From positions 2,624,001 through 2,688,000 of the forward strand of contig CAWDEM010000008.1 in NCBI GenBank assembly GCA_963801355.1: 64,000 bases of DNA, in the 5' to 3' direction. This stretch comes from Ignavibacteriota bacterium. Its GTDB lineage: Bacteria > Bacteroidota > Ignavibacteria > UBA10030 > UBA6906. Shown here in pieces: positions 17,937 to 28,500 of the stretch. Within the stretch, counting starts at the first letter, position 1. Each line of letters opens with the position of its first letter. The notes beneath the pieces were generated by a model, which made no database searches, was not told the origin of the DNA, and saw nothing but the letters and a program-made list of their open reading frames with translations. The translations under genes and the position numbers were made by a program.

Positions 17937-20750
17937 TCACGGACGGGCATCCTTCACACAACGGAAGCCTACGGTCGCACATCTGTCAAACCCCGGCGAG
18001 ACCTGTAAGAGGATCTGCGGGTTATCGACGGGCTGCGGCCCTCCCTGGACATACCACCAGCTGGAATTCGGTCTATAGTAGGAACCGCCGCGGAGCATCC
18101 CGAAGTAGAATGTTCCGTTGTCATACTGGTCATTCATCATCTGCCAGACATTACCGACAAGGTCCATGACGCCGAACGGACTTTGTCCTTGCGGGAACGC
18201 ATCAACCGGAGTCGTCACGCCTGATCCGTTGTTGCATCTGGTGGAATCAAAAGTGTCTCCCCAGGGGTACTTGCGCCCATCGGTGCCCTGTGCTGCGTAC
18301 TGCCACTCCGCCTCAACGGGGAGCCGCTTCCCTGCCCAACGGGCGTAAGCCCGGGCATCCGTCCGATCTACGTACACCACCGGATGCTTCTCCTTTCCCT
18401 CAGGAGGTTTGCCGTTCACCCAGTGCTTCAAGAAATTCGACGTGTCCGCCGGCCGGTACCCCGAGCCCTGCAGGAACTCCAGAAACTGCCCGTTGGTCAC
18501 TGGATACCTGTCCATGTAGAATGCGGAGAGCTGCAGAGTCGACTTTCTGGATCCCGGATAAGGGATCACTTCATTGGGACTCAGAAAGCTGCGCGTCGGG
18601 GCATACGTGAACGTTCCGCCGGGGATGAGTACCATCCCTGCAGGTGTGGTTGCAGTGAGGGGTGTGGACTCGCGACGTGTGATCAGCCGGGGAATGGCAA
18701 GAGGAACGTTCACCACCCTTTCATCCAGCAGACCTGTCGAATCAAACAGCTGAATCACAAACTTCTCCTCGTGACGTCCCAACGAGGCAAGCAACGAGAG
18801 GGCAATCTTGCCGGCGGCAAACCGGACTGACCTGCAGGAATACGACGGCATTCCTGCCCAGACAACCAGGGAATCCCCGCTTCGCGCATTCATGAAGAGT
18901 GAATCCCCGTCGAGGTCAACATCCAGCAACCGCGGGAATTGTGCAATGCAGTCCACATTCCCCTCCCTCCGCGTCCCGAGCCATGACCTGCTGAATCCTT
19001 CCGCACTTGCCGGGATGTAGAACTTCCCGCGGACAGGCACTGCAGAAATCTCCTCGTGATGCCAGATATCGACGTAGTGCGAATCCAGCGGTGTGCGGAC
19101 TTCGAACAGCAGGCCCTCAACGCCTTCCGGTTTCAGGCTGTATACCGTATACAGAGTCTTATTCGGTGCAGGCCATCTGTTCACCCAGACACTGTCGACG
19201 GTCGTGGGCACCAGAGGCACCCAGTCCCGGCTCAGGAACGCCGTGGAGTTCTCCCGCAGGATTTTAGTAGTCCTTCCCAGGTAGGCAAGTTCTTCGTCAA
19301 TCCAGTCGGGCCTTCCCGGCCGCATGATATTCAATTCTGTTCCGTATCCATTGAAGAACGCAACGGCTATTTCCCGGTGGATTCTCCCTTCGGCAAGTTG
19401 TATCACACGGAAAATCGCGAACTCCGGTTTGATAAGTTTGTTCAGATTCAGGGGGGGCGGCATGAAGATGGCATCGTGCACGCGTCCGGCAACGATCCCA
19501 GGCATATCCCTGGGGATTGCCATACCTTCGCTGTACATCACAATGCCCGGCTTGACCCTGTCGGCTGCAGCCTGGAATTCCCTGGTGGATTGACCCCACG
19601 TGTCCAGCACGACACCGTCAGCATCCAGCGCACGCAGCATCTCTTCCATGCCGGCCAGGTGATCCTCCCGACGTGTGCTTTCGTCCCACGGGTTGTAGGC
19701 AATGAAGTACTTCGTCCCCCTGGCATGGGCGTACTCCGCCTGCCGGCGGAGCTCGCGGATACCGCCGGGGAGATCGCGGTACATATCCCACTGGTTCCGC
19801 TGATCCAGCCCCAGTCGGGGCCATGTCGGCCAGAGCATGTATGCCTCGTATCCCCCGAGAACGGTATTGCGGGCTGTAAGAAATGCATCAAACCGGCTCT
19901 GCCCGCTCACGGCATCAAGATACTCATGATCCCAGGCGAATTGCAGAATGAGAAGGTAGCTCTTGCGGATCCAGGAGAGATCCTGACGTGCGAAAAGGGA
20001 GTTGTCGAACTCTTCGAGATCATACAGCCAGCGATCCCGGAACATCATCCGCATCCCATCGCTCCAGTCTCCTGCGTGGGCATCGGCAAAGATCTCATAC
20101 TGGACCCACCCGCCGGGAGGCACCAGAGCCCGAAAACGGCGCAGGTCGGCATGGGCCGGGTCGCGCCGGCGTGCGATGGCAGCAAGCCCGTTTCCTTCTC
20201 CCGCTTGGATATTGCCGAACCCCATTTCCCAGGCGTTGTCGGGGAGTACGACACCAATCGGTCCGGCTCCGGGACGAAAGAGCGCCGATCTGCTCAAACG
20301 GTGTTGATATGTCTTTGGGCCTGCGGCACGGATGTAGACATGGCCGGGGGCTTCCCCCAGCGGCACAATATTCGCAAGTTCCAACGTGTCCCGGGTCCGG
20401 TTGCGAAATGTGAGAACACCCTTCCAACCGCGCGTGAACCCGGATTCGATTTTGAGAGATCCACCGAACCCCGAAGCATCCGACCAGCGGATGCTGTCGC
20501 CTTCCCTGGAAGCCGTGCAGAGAAGAGAACTCGAGAGCTTCTCATTCACGGTGAACGTGAACAACGGCACCCGGGGTGACACAGAAATCTGTTTCCCGCT
20601 GGAATTCGTGTATCCCACGATCCCCAGGCCGGCTGATGTCGCTATCTTTAACGTCTGCAGATTCTGGGCGTTGCTGAGGGAGGCGAGCGCGGCCAGGACA
20701 ACAACAATGACTGACCGCGAAGTTGTACACATCAATGCAGGGGTGGACAT
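17937..20750 (-). CDS. Secreted multidomain protein with a C-terminal FGE-sulfatase (SUMF1/EgtB-like) domain and a central glycoside-hydrolase-like region
   Basis: Signal peptide; C-terminal MDRYPVTN, HPVVYV, GKRLP.EAEWQYAA, YPWG, DLVGNVW, RGGS and GFRC. The central GVVLDT region is only tentatively GH-like. Confidence 0.8.
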   Translation of the reverse strand: MSTPALMCTTSRSVIVVVLAALASLSNAQNLQTLKIATSAGLGIVGYTNSSGKQISVSPRVPLFTFTVNEKLSSSLLCTASREGDSIRWSDASGFGGSLKIESGFTRGWKGVLTFRNRTRDTLELANIVPLGEAPGHVYIRAAGPKTYQHRLSRSALFRPGAGPIGVVLPDNAWEMGFGNIQAGEGNGLAAIARRRDPAHADLRRFRALVPPGGWVQYEIFADAHAGDWSDGMRMMFRDRWLYDLEEFDNSLFARQDLSWIRKSYLLILQFAWDHEYLDAVSGQSRFDAFLTARNTVLGGYEAYMLWPTWPRLGLDQRNQWDMYRDLPGGIRELRRQAEYAHARGTKYFIAYNPWDESTRREDHLAGMEEMLRALDADGVVLDTWGQSTREFQAAADRVKPGIVMYSEGMAIPRDMPGIVAGRVHDAIFMPPPLNLNKLIKPEFAIFRVIQLAEGRIHREIAVAFFNGYGTELNIMRPGRPDWIDEELAYLGRTTKILRENSTAFLSRDWVPLVPTTVDSVWVNRWPAPNKTLYTVYSLKPEGVEGLLFEVRTPLDSHYVDIWHHEEISAVPVRGKFYIPASAEGFSRSWLGTRREGNVDCIAQFPRLLDVDLDGDSLFMNARSGDSLVVWAGMPSYSCRSVRFAAGKIALSLLASLGRHEEKFVIQLFDSTGLLDERVVNVPLAIPRLITRRESTPLTATTPAGMVLIPGGTFTYAPTRSFLSPNEVIPYPGSRKSTLQLSAFYMDRYPVTNGQFLEFLQGSGYRPADTSNFLKHWVNGKPPEGKEKHPVVYVDRTDARAYARWAGKRLPVEAEWQYAAQGTDGRKYPWGDTFDSTRCNNGSGVTTPVDAFPQGQSPFGVMDLVGNVWQMMNDQYDNGTFYFGMLRGGSYYRPNSSWWYVQGGPQPVDNPQILLQVSPGFDRCATVGFRCVKDARP

Positions 20751-20754
20751 GCCG

Positions 20755-22035
20755 CTATTGATTCCAGAGTGTGCACGTGCCGATATTGCGGATTCTCAGG
20801 GTGGTGACGGACTTCTCGCCAAAGACGTGCTGCATCATGCCGATGTAGTCAGGCACGACAGCACTCGGAAGTACCGCAAGAATCGTTCCGGCAAAACCGC
20901 CGCCGTGCACGCGACACGCGCCTTTGCCGGCGGTATGAATGAATCGTTCCGAAAGTGCGAGACCGAGCAGGAGTCCCTGCTCGCGGGTGGAGTGGGGGGT
21001 CGAACAATTTTGCAGCCACCGGCACGAAGAACTTCCGGACTCGTTCATAATCCGGAGGAAGGAGTCCATGTCATCCTGCTCGAGAGCCTTGACCTGGTCG
21101 ACGACCCGCTCGGTGTCGGCAAAGAAATGGAGTGCCCGAAGAATTGCCCTGTCGCCCAGTTCTGCACGCACCTGCGGAATTGCCTGGAACAGTTGTGCGC
21201 TTGGCACATTCCGGAGACTCGTCTGTCCGAAATACCGGGCGACTTCTTTCATTTCAAAAGGCACTGCAGCATAGTCGGCTGTCAGATCCGCGTGGCTCCC
21301 GCCGGTATGGACGACCAGCAAGCTGAGAGCGTGTTCTTCAAACCCCGAGCGCATGGTCCGGGTGACAGGCATACGTGGATCAGCAAAATCGATGATCACA
21401 ATGCCGCCGAGTGCACAGGTAAGCTGGTCCATGAGCCCGCAGGGTTTACGGAAATACGTATTCTCTGCGTATTGTCCGATCTGTGCAAGTTCCGTCGGAT
21501 TGATGCCGCCGTGGTTGAACAACGAATTGAGAATGGTGCCAAGAAGGACTTCGATCGACGCCGATGAGCTGAGGCCCGAGCCGGGCAGGACATCGCTGCT
21601 CACGACCGCGTTGAAACCTTTCACGGCAAAGTTCAGCTGCTTGAAACGTGCGGCGATGCCGCGGATCATCGCTGTTGTTGTTCCGGCTTCCTCCGGAATT
21701 ACTTCCAGGCGCCCGAGGTCAACGCGGAAGGGGGCATCGAAACCTATCGACCGGACGGTAACGACGTTGTCGCCGGATGGCGCAGCGGCGGCAATGGAGT
21801 CAAGATGAACCGAGGCGGCGAGAACCCGGCCATTGTTGTGGTCCGTGTGATTCCCGCACAGTTCCACCCGACCGGGCGTGCTGGCCAGGATCGCCGGTGT
21901 TCCGCCGAATGTCTCCCGAAAGAGCCGGGAGAGTTCCCGAAACCGGTCCTGCGCATTGCGGATATCATCCGGCTTATCGCCGTAGACGTTTGTCAGATTG
22001 CGCTGGAATTCCGGCTCTGTGAGGTAGGTATCCAT
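20755..22035 (-). CDS. galK: Galactokinase (GHMP kinase)
   Basis: PGRVELCGNHTDHNNG, GSGLSSSAS, KPCGLMDQ and RVHGGGFAGT. Confidence 0.9.
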   Translation of the reverse strand: MDTYLTEPEFQRNLTNVYGDKPDDIRNAQDRFRELSRLFRETFGGTPAILASTPGRVELCGNHTDHNNGRVLAASVHLDSIAAAAPSGDNVVTVRSIGFDAPFRVDLGRLEVIPEEAGTTTAMIRGIAARFKQLNFAVKGFNAVVSSDVLPGSGLSSSASIEVLLGTILNSLFNHGGINPTELAQIGQYAENTYFRKPCGLMDQLTCALGGIVIIDFADPRMPVTRTMRSGFEEHALSLLVVHTGGSHADLTADYAAVPFEMKEVARYFGQTSLRNVPSAQLFQAIPQVRAELGDRAILRALHFFADTERVVDQVKALEQDDMDSFLRIMNESGSSSCRWLQNCSTPHSTREQGLLLGLALSERFIHTAGKGACRVHGGGFAGTILAVLPSAVVPDYIGMMQHVFGEKSVTTLRIRNIGTCTLWNQ

Positions 22036-22086
22036 TGTGTGCCCGCGGGTCTACAAAATCGAACCGCGATAGTCAACAAAACGAAT

Positions 22087-22119
22087 CATCATGGGCTACT
22101 ACATCATGAGCTACTACAT
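22087..22119. repeat. 15-bp tandem duplication over the pepF stop codons
   Basis: catcatgggctacta catcatgagctacta cat. Confidence 0.7.
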
Positions 22120-24034
22120 TTTCCCGTCTTTCTTTAGTCTCGCCACCAGCTGCTCCATCTCTCCTACCAGCGTGTCAAACCGCCGCAGCGCCGCCTTGCC
22201 CGGCTCCGCCGAAGTCATATCCACCCCGGCACTCTTCAGAAGCTTGAGTGGCGAATCGCTTCCCCCGGCCTTCAGCATGCCCAGATAGCGATCCACATCG
22301 GCCTGCGTCCCTTTGAGTGCCTTGTCGCTCAATGCGAGTGACGCAATCATGCCGGTGCTGTACTGAAAGACATAGAAATTGAGATAGAAGTGCGGAATGA
22401 TGCTCCATTCGTTGCCGATATACTCGTCAACGCGCATGACTCCTTTGTCATGACCGTAGTATGCACGCGTGAGCGCGAGATACTGCTCCGTCAGCCAGTC
22501 CGGCGTCAGCGTCTGGCCCTCCTCGACGCGCCTGTGCATAGCCAGTTCGAATTCTGCGAAGAGAGTCTGTCGGAATATCGTTCCCCGCACACCGTCCAGA
22601 TAGGCATCCAGCACCTTGAGTTTCACGAGATCGTCGGACTCATGCTTCAACATATACTCCATGAGCAGGTGTTCGTTGAACGTCGAAGCAATTTCCGCGA
22701 GAAATGTGGGATAGTCGGCATTTCCATACGCCTGGCTCTTGTCGGCAAAATACGAGTGCATCGCATGACCCAGTTCATGCGCAAGAGTCGAGACGGCATC
22801 ATAGTGCCCATTAAAGTTCATCTTGATGAAGGGGTGCACGCCGTAGACGCCCCCGGAGTATGCGCCGAGCTGTTTGTTCTTGTTGGGATAGATATCAATC
22901 CACCGCTTGTCGAACGCCGCACCCAGGACCGTGCCGTAGTCGGCACCCAGGGGCTTTAACGACCCCGTAATGAGTGCACGTGCTTCTTCAAACGTATAGA
23001 GGCGGTCAACCGATCGGACCGCCGATGCGTAGATATCATCATAGCGCAACGTATCAAGACCCAGCATCTCCTTACGGAGTTTCAGATAGCGGTGCAGGGG
23101 TGCAAGGTTCTGACGAACGGTGGCAATCAGCTGGTGATACACGGTAGTATCAATGTTATCGCCAAACAGGCGCGCGTACAGACAGCTGGGGTATTTCTGC
23201 GCACGTGCTGCGAAGAGGTCGTTCTTGATCCCGCCGTCCAGCAGACCCGCAAGGGAATTTTCGAACTTCTTCCGTTCAGCCCAGAATGAGCGCATGACAA
23301 GAGACCGGTCCGCATTGTTCTTTGTTCCGCGATATCGCATGTACCCCGCGACATTCAGGGTCAACGGCGTGCCGTCGGAGAGCGTGATTTCCTGGGCGGG
23401 CATTTCCACGTTGTTCAGTATGTCGGCGACCTGCGCACTCGTCCCGGAAAACAACCCCGTCATCGAAAAAATCTTTTGTTGGTCTTTTGGCAGAACATGC
23501 GCTCTCGCCCTGAGCACTTCTTCGACACGGAAGCGGTACTGCGCCAGCCGCGGTTCTTTGGCAAAGTATTCACGCACGGTGCTTTCCTTCATCGCGAGGA
23601 TATCGTCGTTCCGGAACGCCAGCTTCGCCCCGTAGTCGGCCACGATGCCCTGCAATTCGCCCTGCATGCTCCGGAACGTTGTGTTGCTCAGATCCATGTT
23701 CCCCTGGTTTCCCGCATACGCGTAGAGACGCTGTATGAGAAGGCCGATGGAGTCCGTCAATTGATACAGTGATAGGAATTTCCGTGGAGAGGTGGTCCAA
23801 CTCTTTCGCCCGGGCATCGATGCGTGCAATCATGGCATGCAGTCCGTCGCGGTCACGTTTCCAGGAATCGATGTCCGGGTAGAGGTCCTCAATGCGCCAC
23901 GTATACGCCACGGGGACTTCGGACCGGGCAACCATCGAGAAGTCCGGAATTTTCGATTCCTGCGGCTGCCCGGAAAGCGGAACGCTGATACAAACCAGGG
24001 CAAGCAGTACGCTCAGCAGTCTAATCCGTACCAT
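22114..24034 (-). pseudogene. pepF: Oligoendopeptidase F (M3B) with signal peptide, split by a 1-nt frameshift at about 23804-23806 (true lesion or sequencing error)
   Basis: The N-terminus (signal peptide, RSEVP..YTWRIEDLY) is in ORF 23570-24088; the rest (GAYSGG, TLAHELGHAMHS, AEIAST, YVFQY) is in ORF 22114-23829. Removing one A from GCGAAAGAGTTGG joins the frames. GGGAGA RBS precedes ATG 24034. Confidence 0.88.
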
Positions 24035-24189
24035 AGTAATCTCCCGAATCATTGTGATCTCCAGACAGAAGAGAGTGATTGGACGCATGGGGACATACTC
24101 CTCCCTTGCATGTACAGTAACGCGAAAACAAGCCGGATGTTCAAGGGGTCAGCGACGAAATGCAGCCCAGGACGATCAACGCCGCCGGC

Positions 24190-27100
24190 TCAGTTGCTGG
24201 ACCAGCGGACGCTGCTCCCGGTCCTCCCTTTCACAACTTCAAGCCGCACAGGGACGCGCGTTTTCAACTCTTCCACGTGTGAAATAATGGCCACAAGCCG
24301 TCCGTCGGCCTGCAGATCCATGAGCGCACCGATGGCCACGTCGAGTGTCTCATTGTCGAGTGACCCAAAACCCTCGTCGATGAACAAAGCATCCATCCGG
24401 ACGCCGCCGGTATGCTGTTGGGCGGCATCCGCGACACCCAGCGCCAGCGAGAGCGCGGCGTAGAATTGTTCGCCGCCGGACAGTGTCTGCACCTGCCGCT
24501 GTTCACCGGTATAATTGTCAAAAACGTCAAGGTCCAGTCCCACCCGCCTCCTGCGGTCGTCACTCTCTGTCCGCCTGATCAGTGCATAGCGATCATGCGA
24601 GATCACGCGCAGCCGTGTATTGGCAAAAGTAACGATCTCATCAAGAAACACCGAGAGGACATAGCTCGAGAGAGTGATGCCCATATCGTTTCTTCCTGCA
24701 ACGGCATCGGAGAGTTCCTGCATCGTCCCCGCCTCCGACCGCAACACCTCGAGCTGGTTCGCGAGGGTTTGCAGTTGCTGACCCGCGCCCGCGAGCCTGC
24801 TGACGATTGTCTGTGCCTCCGTTGCACGCTGCTGCGCATCCTCAAAGGCCTTCCGCCCGCGCTCTTCCGCCAGCAGGAGCGGCGCAAGATCGGGCTCGGC
24901 TCTGCCGCCGACAACCCGCTTGCGTTCGTCCACGGTGTTCCGCAACGCCAGGAGCTGTTCGTCCCACTCCTGCACGAGGCCGTTGAGCCGGTGCCGTTCG
25001 CCCTCCGGGAGAAGTGCCGTGCGGATCTCCTCGACGGATGAAAAACCCACTTTCGCAAAGCTCTCTGCGAGATCTGCGCGCCTTCTCATGATGAATGCGC
25101 GTTCCTCACCGAGCACCTTTAACTCCCCGTCCAAACCAGCCTGCAGGCGTATGACTTCTCCCGCAAGCGCCGTGAAGCTGTTCTGCGCTTCCTCATTCTG
25201 CCGCGTGAGCGCTGTGATCCGTGTCGACACATCGGACTGTTTCCTGTTCAGTGTCGCGAGGTCGGTGACATCGTCACCGATCATTTTCAGGGCATTCTCT
25301 ATCCTGACCGCCACTGTTGTCCGCTCCTGTGCGCATGCGTTCTTGCGTTCCTGAAACGCATCGATATCGCGCTGGAGTTTTTGGAGACGATCCGTGACTT
25401 CTCCCCGTGTCCTGTGCAGTAGGGTGAGAGAACCAGCCGCCTTCTGTGCACGTTGCAGTTCAGACTCCTGTTGACCGAGCTGGTGGGCAAACGTTGCCTT
25501 GTCCGTATCGACAAATGAGCCGAGAATGGTCTCATGACTCATCAGCGCCGCAGCGTTCTGCGCAAGAGCGTTCCTGGCGGCGTGGAACCGGGTCATTGCG
25601 GTCTCCCGCTCACCGTCCATGCGCTCTCTCGCGGTCCGCGCCGACGCCAGTTCCACATCCGTGACGACGGATGTCACGGCGTGAGCCGGGCGCGGATGAT
25701 CGACAGACCCGCATACAGGGCATGGCTGACCCTGCACGAGCGCCGCAGAAAGCCTCGAGGACTGACCTTCCACCCAGCGTGCTTCCACGGACCGGAGCGC
25801 ATCCTCGGCTGCCCTGGATGCCCGCGTGGCCCGGTCGAGCAGGTCTTCCGCTCCGGCGACGTCCGTCTGCAGCGCGACCTGATTGAGGCGGAGTTCCTGC
25901 AACTCCCTGAACGGCTGCTGTAATTCCCTGGTACGGCGCACGGATGCCTCAAGGCCCGAGCATGTCAGGGCCGTAGCCTCGAGAGCCGGTATGTCACTGT
26001 CGATTTGTGAGAGCTCCAGCGTCGAAGCGTTTTTCTGTTCGGCGCATTCGCGCAACTTCTCGACGAGTTGTCGAGAGTCCTCATCAAGCCGTGTGAGCGC
26101 TTTGCGGTCCTCCTCGAGCCGGATGAGGTGCGGCCGTGCGGCATCAAGCCGGTGCATTTCGATTTGCAGACGCAGAACCTCGCCATTACGTTCGGCGGCA
26201 CGGTCGGCTTCATGACGTGCGACCTCCTGTCGCCCCCGTGTCTCAGCCACGTCGGTCTGCAATTTCGCGATCGCTTTCCCGCGCATCACCATCGCCTCCT
26301 CACGCTCCTCGATCTCCTCCAGACGCGGGCGGAATGGCTCGGCGCGAAGGGCGGCGACATATGTTCCGCGCAACTCTTCGATCTGATCCTGCCGGCCAAG
26401 ATGCCGTTGCATTTCCTCCTGCGCCTTTCGCAGATCATTGTGGTGCTCCACAACCCTCCGGGCTTCATCGCATGCAGTCTGCGCCTGCCCCCAGGCAAGG
26501 CGGAGATCGGGCAATCCGACTGACGCCGCGTGCAGCGACTCTTCGGCCTCCTTCTGCCTGGCAGAAAGAGCCGTGGCATCTTCAACACCGTGCGACTCCA
26601 GGAAACCCGCAATCCTGCTCTTGAGATCTTTGCATGAAGCGTTCTTCTCCTGGGTCATCGAGGAAAGGATATCGGAGATCCTCGAATACAGTGATGCCCG
26701 GAAGAGTCTCTCCAGAATCGCCTGCTTCGACTTGGTGTCGGCAAGAAGGAGTTTTTGAAATTCATTCTGGGGCAGCATGACGATCTGACGAAATTGCTTC
26801 TCGTCCAGACCGAGCAGGTGCTCCACCGCACTCCGGATCTCGCTCCTCTTCACAAGAGGCGGACGCACCTGTACTCCGGCGCGGTCGAAGAACTCCAGCA
26901 CGGCTTTGGGTTCGACCGAATCCGTCCTCCGCCTGGGTTTGAATTCCCGCGTAATCCGGTAGCGCCCTGATGGGAGCGAGAACTCGTACATCACTCTGGT
27001 GGATGTTCCCTGCGCACAATGGTCCGACCGCATCTGGTCCGGCGTCCGTGCACCCGAGGAAATGCCATAGAGTGCAAAACAAATTGCATCGAAAATCGTC

Positions 27101-27225
27101 GTTTTTCCGGCCCCGGTAGGTCCGTGAATCAAGAGAAGTGTGCTTCCGTCCAGGCCCGTCAGATCTATCTCCGCCTTTTCGGCAAAAGCGCCAAAACCCT
27201 GCATGTGGAGCCGCATCGGCCTCAT
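24190..27225 (-). CDS. sbcC: SbcC/Rad50 SMC-type ATPase
   Basis: GPTGAGKTT, Q-loop MLPQNEF, CPVCGS zinc hook, LSGGE, FIDEGFGSLD and IISHV. Start MRPMRL overlaps the sbcD stop. Confidence 0.95.
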   Translation of the reverse strand: MRPMRLHMQGFGAFAEKAEIDLTGLDGSTLLLIHGPTGAGKTTIFDAICFALYGISSGARTPDQMRSDHCAQGTSTRVMYEFSLPSGRYRITREFKPRRRTDSVEPKAVLEFFDRAGVQVRPPLVKRSEIRSAVEHLLGLDEKQFRQIVMLPQNEFQKLLLADTKSKQAILERLFRASLYSRISDILSSMTQEKNASCKDLKSRIAGFLESHGVEDATALSARQKEAEESLHAASVGLPDLRLAWGQAQTACDEARRVVEHHNDLRKAQEEMQRHLGRQDQIEELRGTYVAALRAEPFRPRLEEIEEREEAMVMRGKAIAKLQTDVAETRGRQEVARHEADRAAERNGEVLRLQIEMHRLDAARPHLIRLEEDRKALTRLDEDSRQLVEKLRECAEQKNASTLELSQIDSDIPALEATALTCSGLEASVRRTRELQQPFRELQELRLNQVALQTDVAGAEDLLDRATRASRAAEDALRSVEARWVEGQSSRLSAALVQGQPCPVCGSVDHPRPAHAVTSVVTDVELASARTARERMDGERETAMTRFHAARNALAQNAAALMSHETILGSFVDTDKATFAHQLGQQESELQRAQKAAGSLTLLHRTRGEVTDRLQKLQRDIDAFQERKNACAQERTTVAVRIENALKMIGDDVTDLATLNRKQSDVSTRITALTRQNEEAQNSFTALAGEVIRLQAGLDGELKVLGEERAFIMRRRADLAESFAKVGFSSVEEIRTALLPEGERHRLNGLVQEWDEQLLALRNTVDERKRVVGGRAEPDLAPLLLAEERGRKAFEDAQQRATEAQTIVSRLAGAGQQLQTLANQLEVLRSEAGTMQELSDAVAGRNDMGITLSSYVLSVFLDEIVTFANTRLRVISHDRYALIRRTESDDRRRRVGLDLDVFDNYTGEQRQVQTLSGGEQFYAALSLALGVADAAQQHTGGVRMDALFIDEGFGSLDNETLDVAIGALMDLQADGRLVAIISHVEELKTRVPVRLEVVKGRTGSSVRWSSN

Positions 27226-28373
27226 GATCCGGTCTCCCTCTCTGCAGTTTCGAGGGCCCCGCGGCCGAGAGCCAGCTGGACTTCGGTCATTTCCTTCCCC
27301 GTTACGGTACGGAAGAAATCCTGGAGATGGTCGAGCGGTGTCTTTCGCCGCATTTGTTCGAGGGTCATCCCGGCGGCGGCAGCGTAGATGCGTGCCCGAT
27401 CCCATTTCAGACTCAGTGCGTTGGGAAAATGGGCCTGAACAATGGACATGGCGTCGGCAACAGGCTCGTCGTTCCTCAGCGTGACTTCAAGGAAATCCTC
27501 CGGTCCGGGGAGCATTCCCTCCGGATCGATCTCGAACCTTCCTCGCACTATCCGCCCGTTCACACGCCGCATTGCCCTGCGTGGAATGATCGGTATGCGC
27601 CGGACATCGCTGGCGCCGTCGCTGCCGATCTCGCCGAGCTCTATGGATTTCTGTTGGCCTGATTCATCGAACGCATGGGCGAGCAATGACCCCGGATACC
27701 GGACTTTCCCTTTCAGCAGCAGTTGCGGCCTGTGGAGATGACCCATTGCGACATAGACAAAAGGAGCGAACAGATCTGCAGACACCGCTTCCGAACCTCC
27801 GACCGAAAGCTGGCGTTCGCTTCCGGATGACTCGCCGCCTTCAAGAAATGCGTGACCCACGAAAACCGCGCGCTCGCCCGGTGCAATCGTGACAGTCCGC
27901 AATACCGCCTCGTAGGCCTGCTGCTGTGTCCTGACAGATTCATCGTTCAACAGAAACCGTGCGAGTTGGGGTTCCAGGTACGGCAACACGAAGAAGCGGA
28001 CGGGGCCGAAGACGTCTTTGAGTGCCAGGGAGGGTACAGGAATGCGCGGCGTGCCGAAGAGATGGAGACCGCGGAGCTGCAGAAGGTTGCTGAAACAACT
28101 GATCCGCTCGCCGCTGTCGTGATTCCCGGCGATCAGGATCACGCGCCTGCCGAGATCAAGCACGAGGCAGCTGATTGCCCAGTCCAGTAGAGCAACTGCG
28201 TCCGGTGAAGGTGCAGCACGGTCAAACACATCACCCGCTATGATGACAACGTCCGGCCGCTCTTCCTCCGCCACCTTGATGATCTGCTCAAGGGCATAAC
28301 GTTGATCCGCAATGAGGGAAATACCGGGGAGCGATTGCCCGAGATGCCAGTCGGCCGTGTGAAGAATGCGCAT
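27222..28373 (-). CDS. sbcD: SbcD/Mre11 nuclease
   Basis: HTADWHLG, AGDVFD, AGNHDS, GHLHRPQ and YPGS. Confidence 0.95.
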   Translation of the reverse strand: MRILHTADWHLGQSLPGISLIADQRYALEQIIKVAEEERPDVVIIAGDVFDRAAPSPDAVALLDWAISCLVLDLGRRVILIAGNHDSGERISCFSNLLQLRGLHLFGTPRIPVPSLALKDVFGPVRFFVLPYLEPQLARFLLNDESVRTQQQAYEAVLRTVTIAPGERAVFVGHAFLEGGESSGSERQLSVGGSEAVSADLFAPFVYVAMGHLHRPQLLLKGKVRYPGSLLAHAFDESGQQKSIELGEIGSDGASDVRRIPIIPRRAMRRVNGRIVRGRFEIDPEGMLPGPEDFLEVTLRNDEPVADAMSIVQAHFPNALSLKWDRARIYAAAAGMTLEQMRRKTPLDHLQDFFRTVTGKEMTEVQLALGRGALETAERETGS

Positions 28374-28500
28374 GAGGTTTGTTCGCTGCGTTACTCAACT
28401 AATGTCAGACTCCCGGTGTCGAAAAGCAAGCGCCCGAGATGTTCGGTGCACCCCATTCCCCATGCCCTGTGCCCGGCTCACCGGCGGCGGGACCCGCCGT

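Noticed and set aside
17937-18700. FGE/C-type-lectin domain as a diversity-generating retroelement target
   Set aside because: No reverse transcriptase and no adenine-variant template repeat of its 3' end seen in the window.
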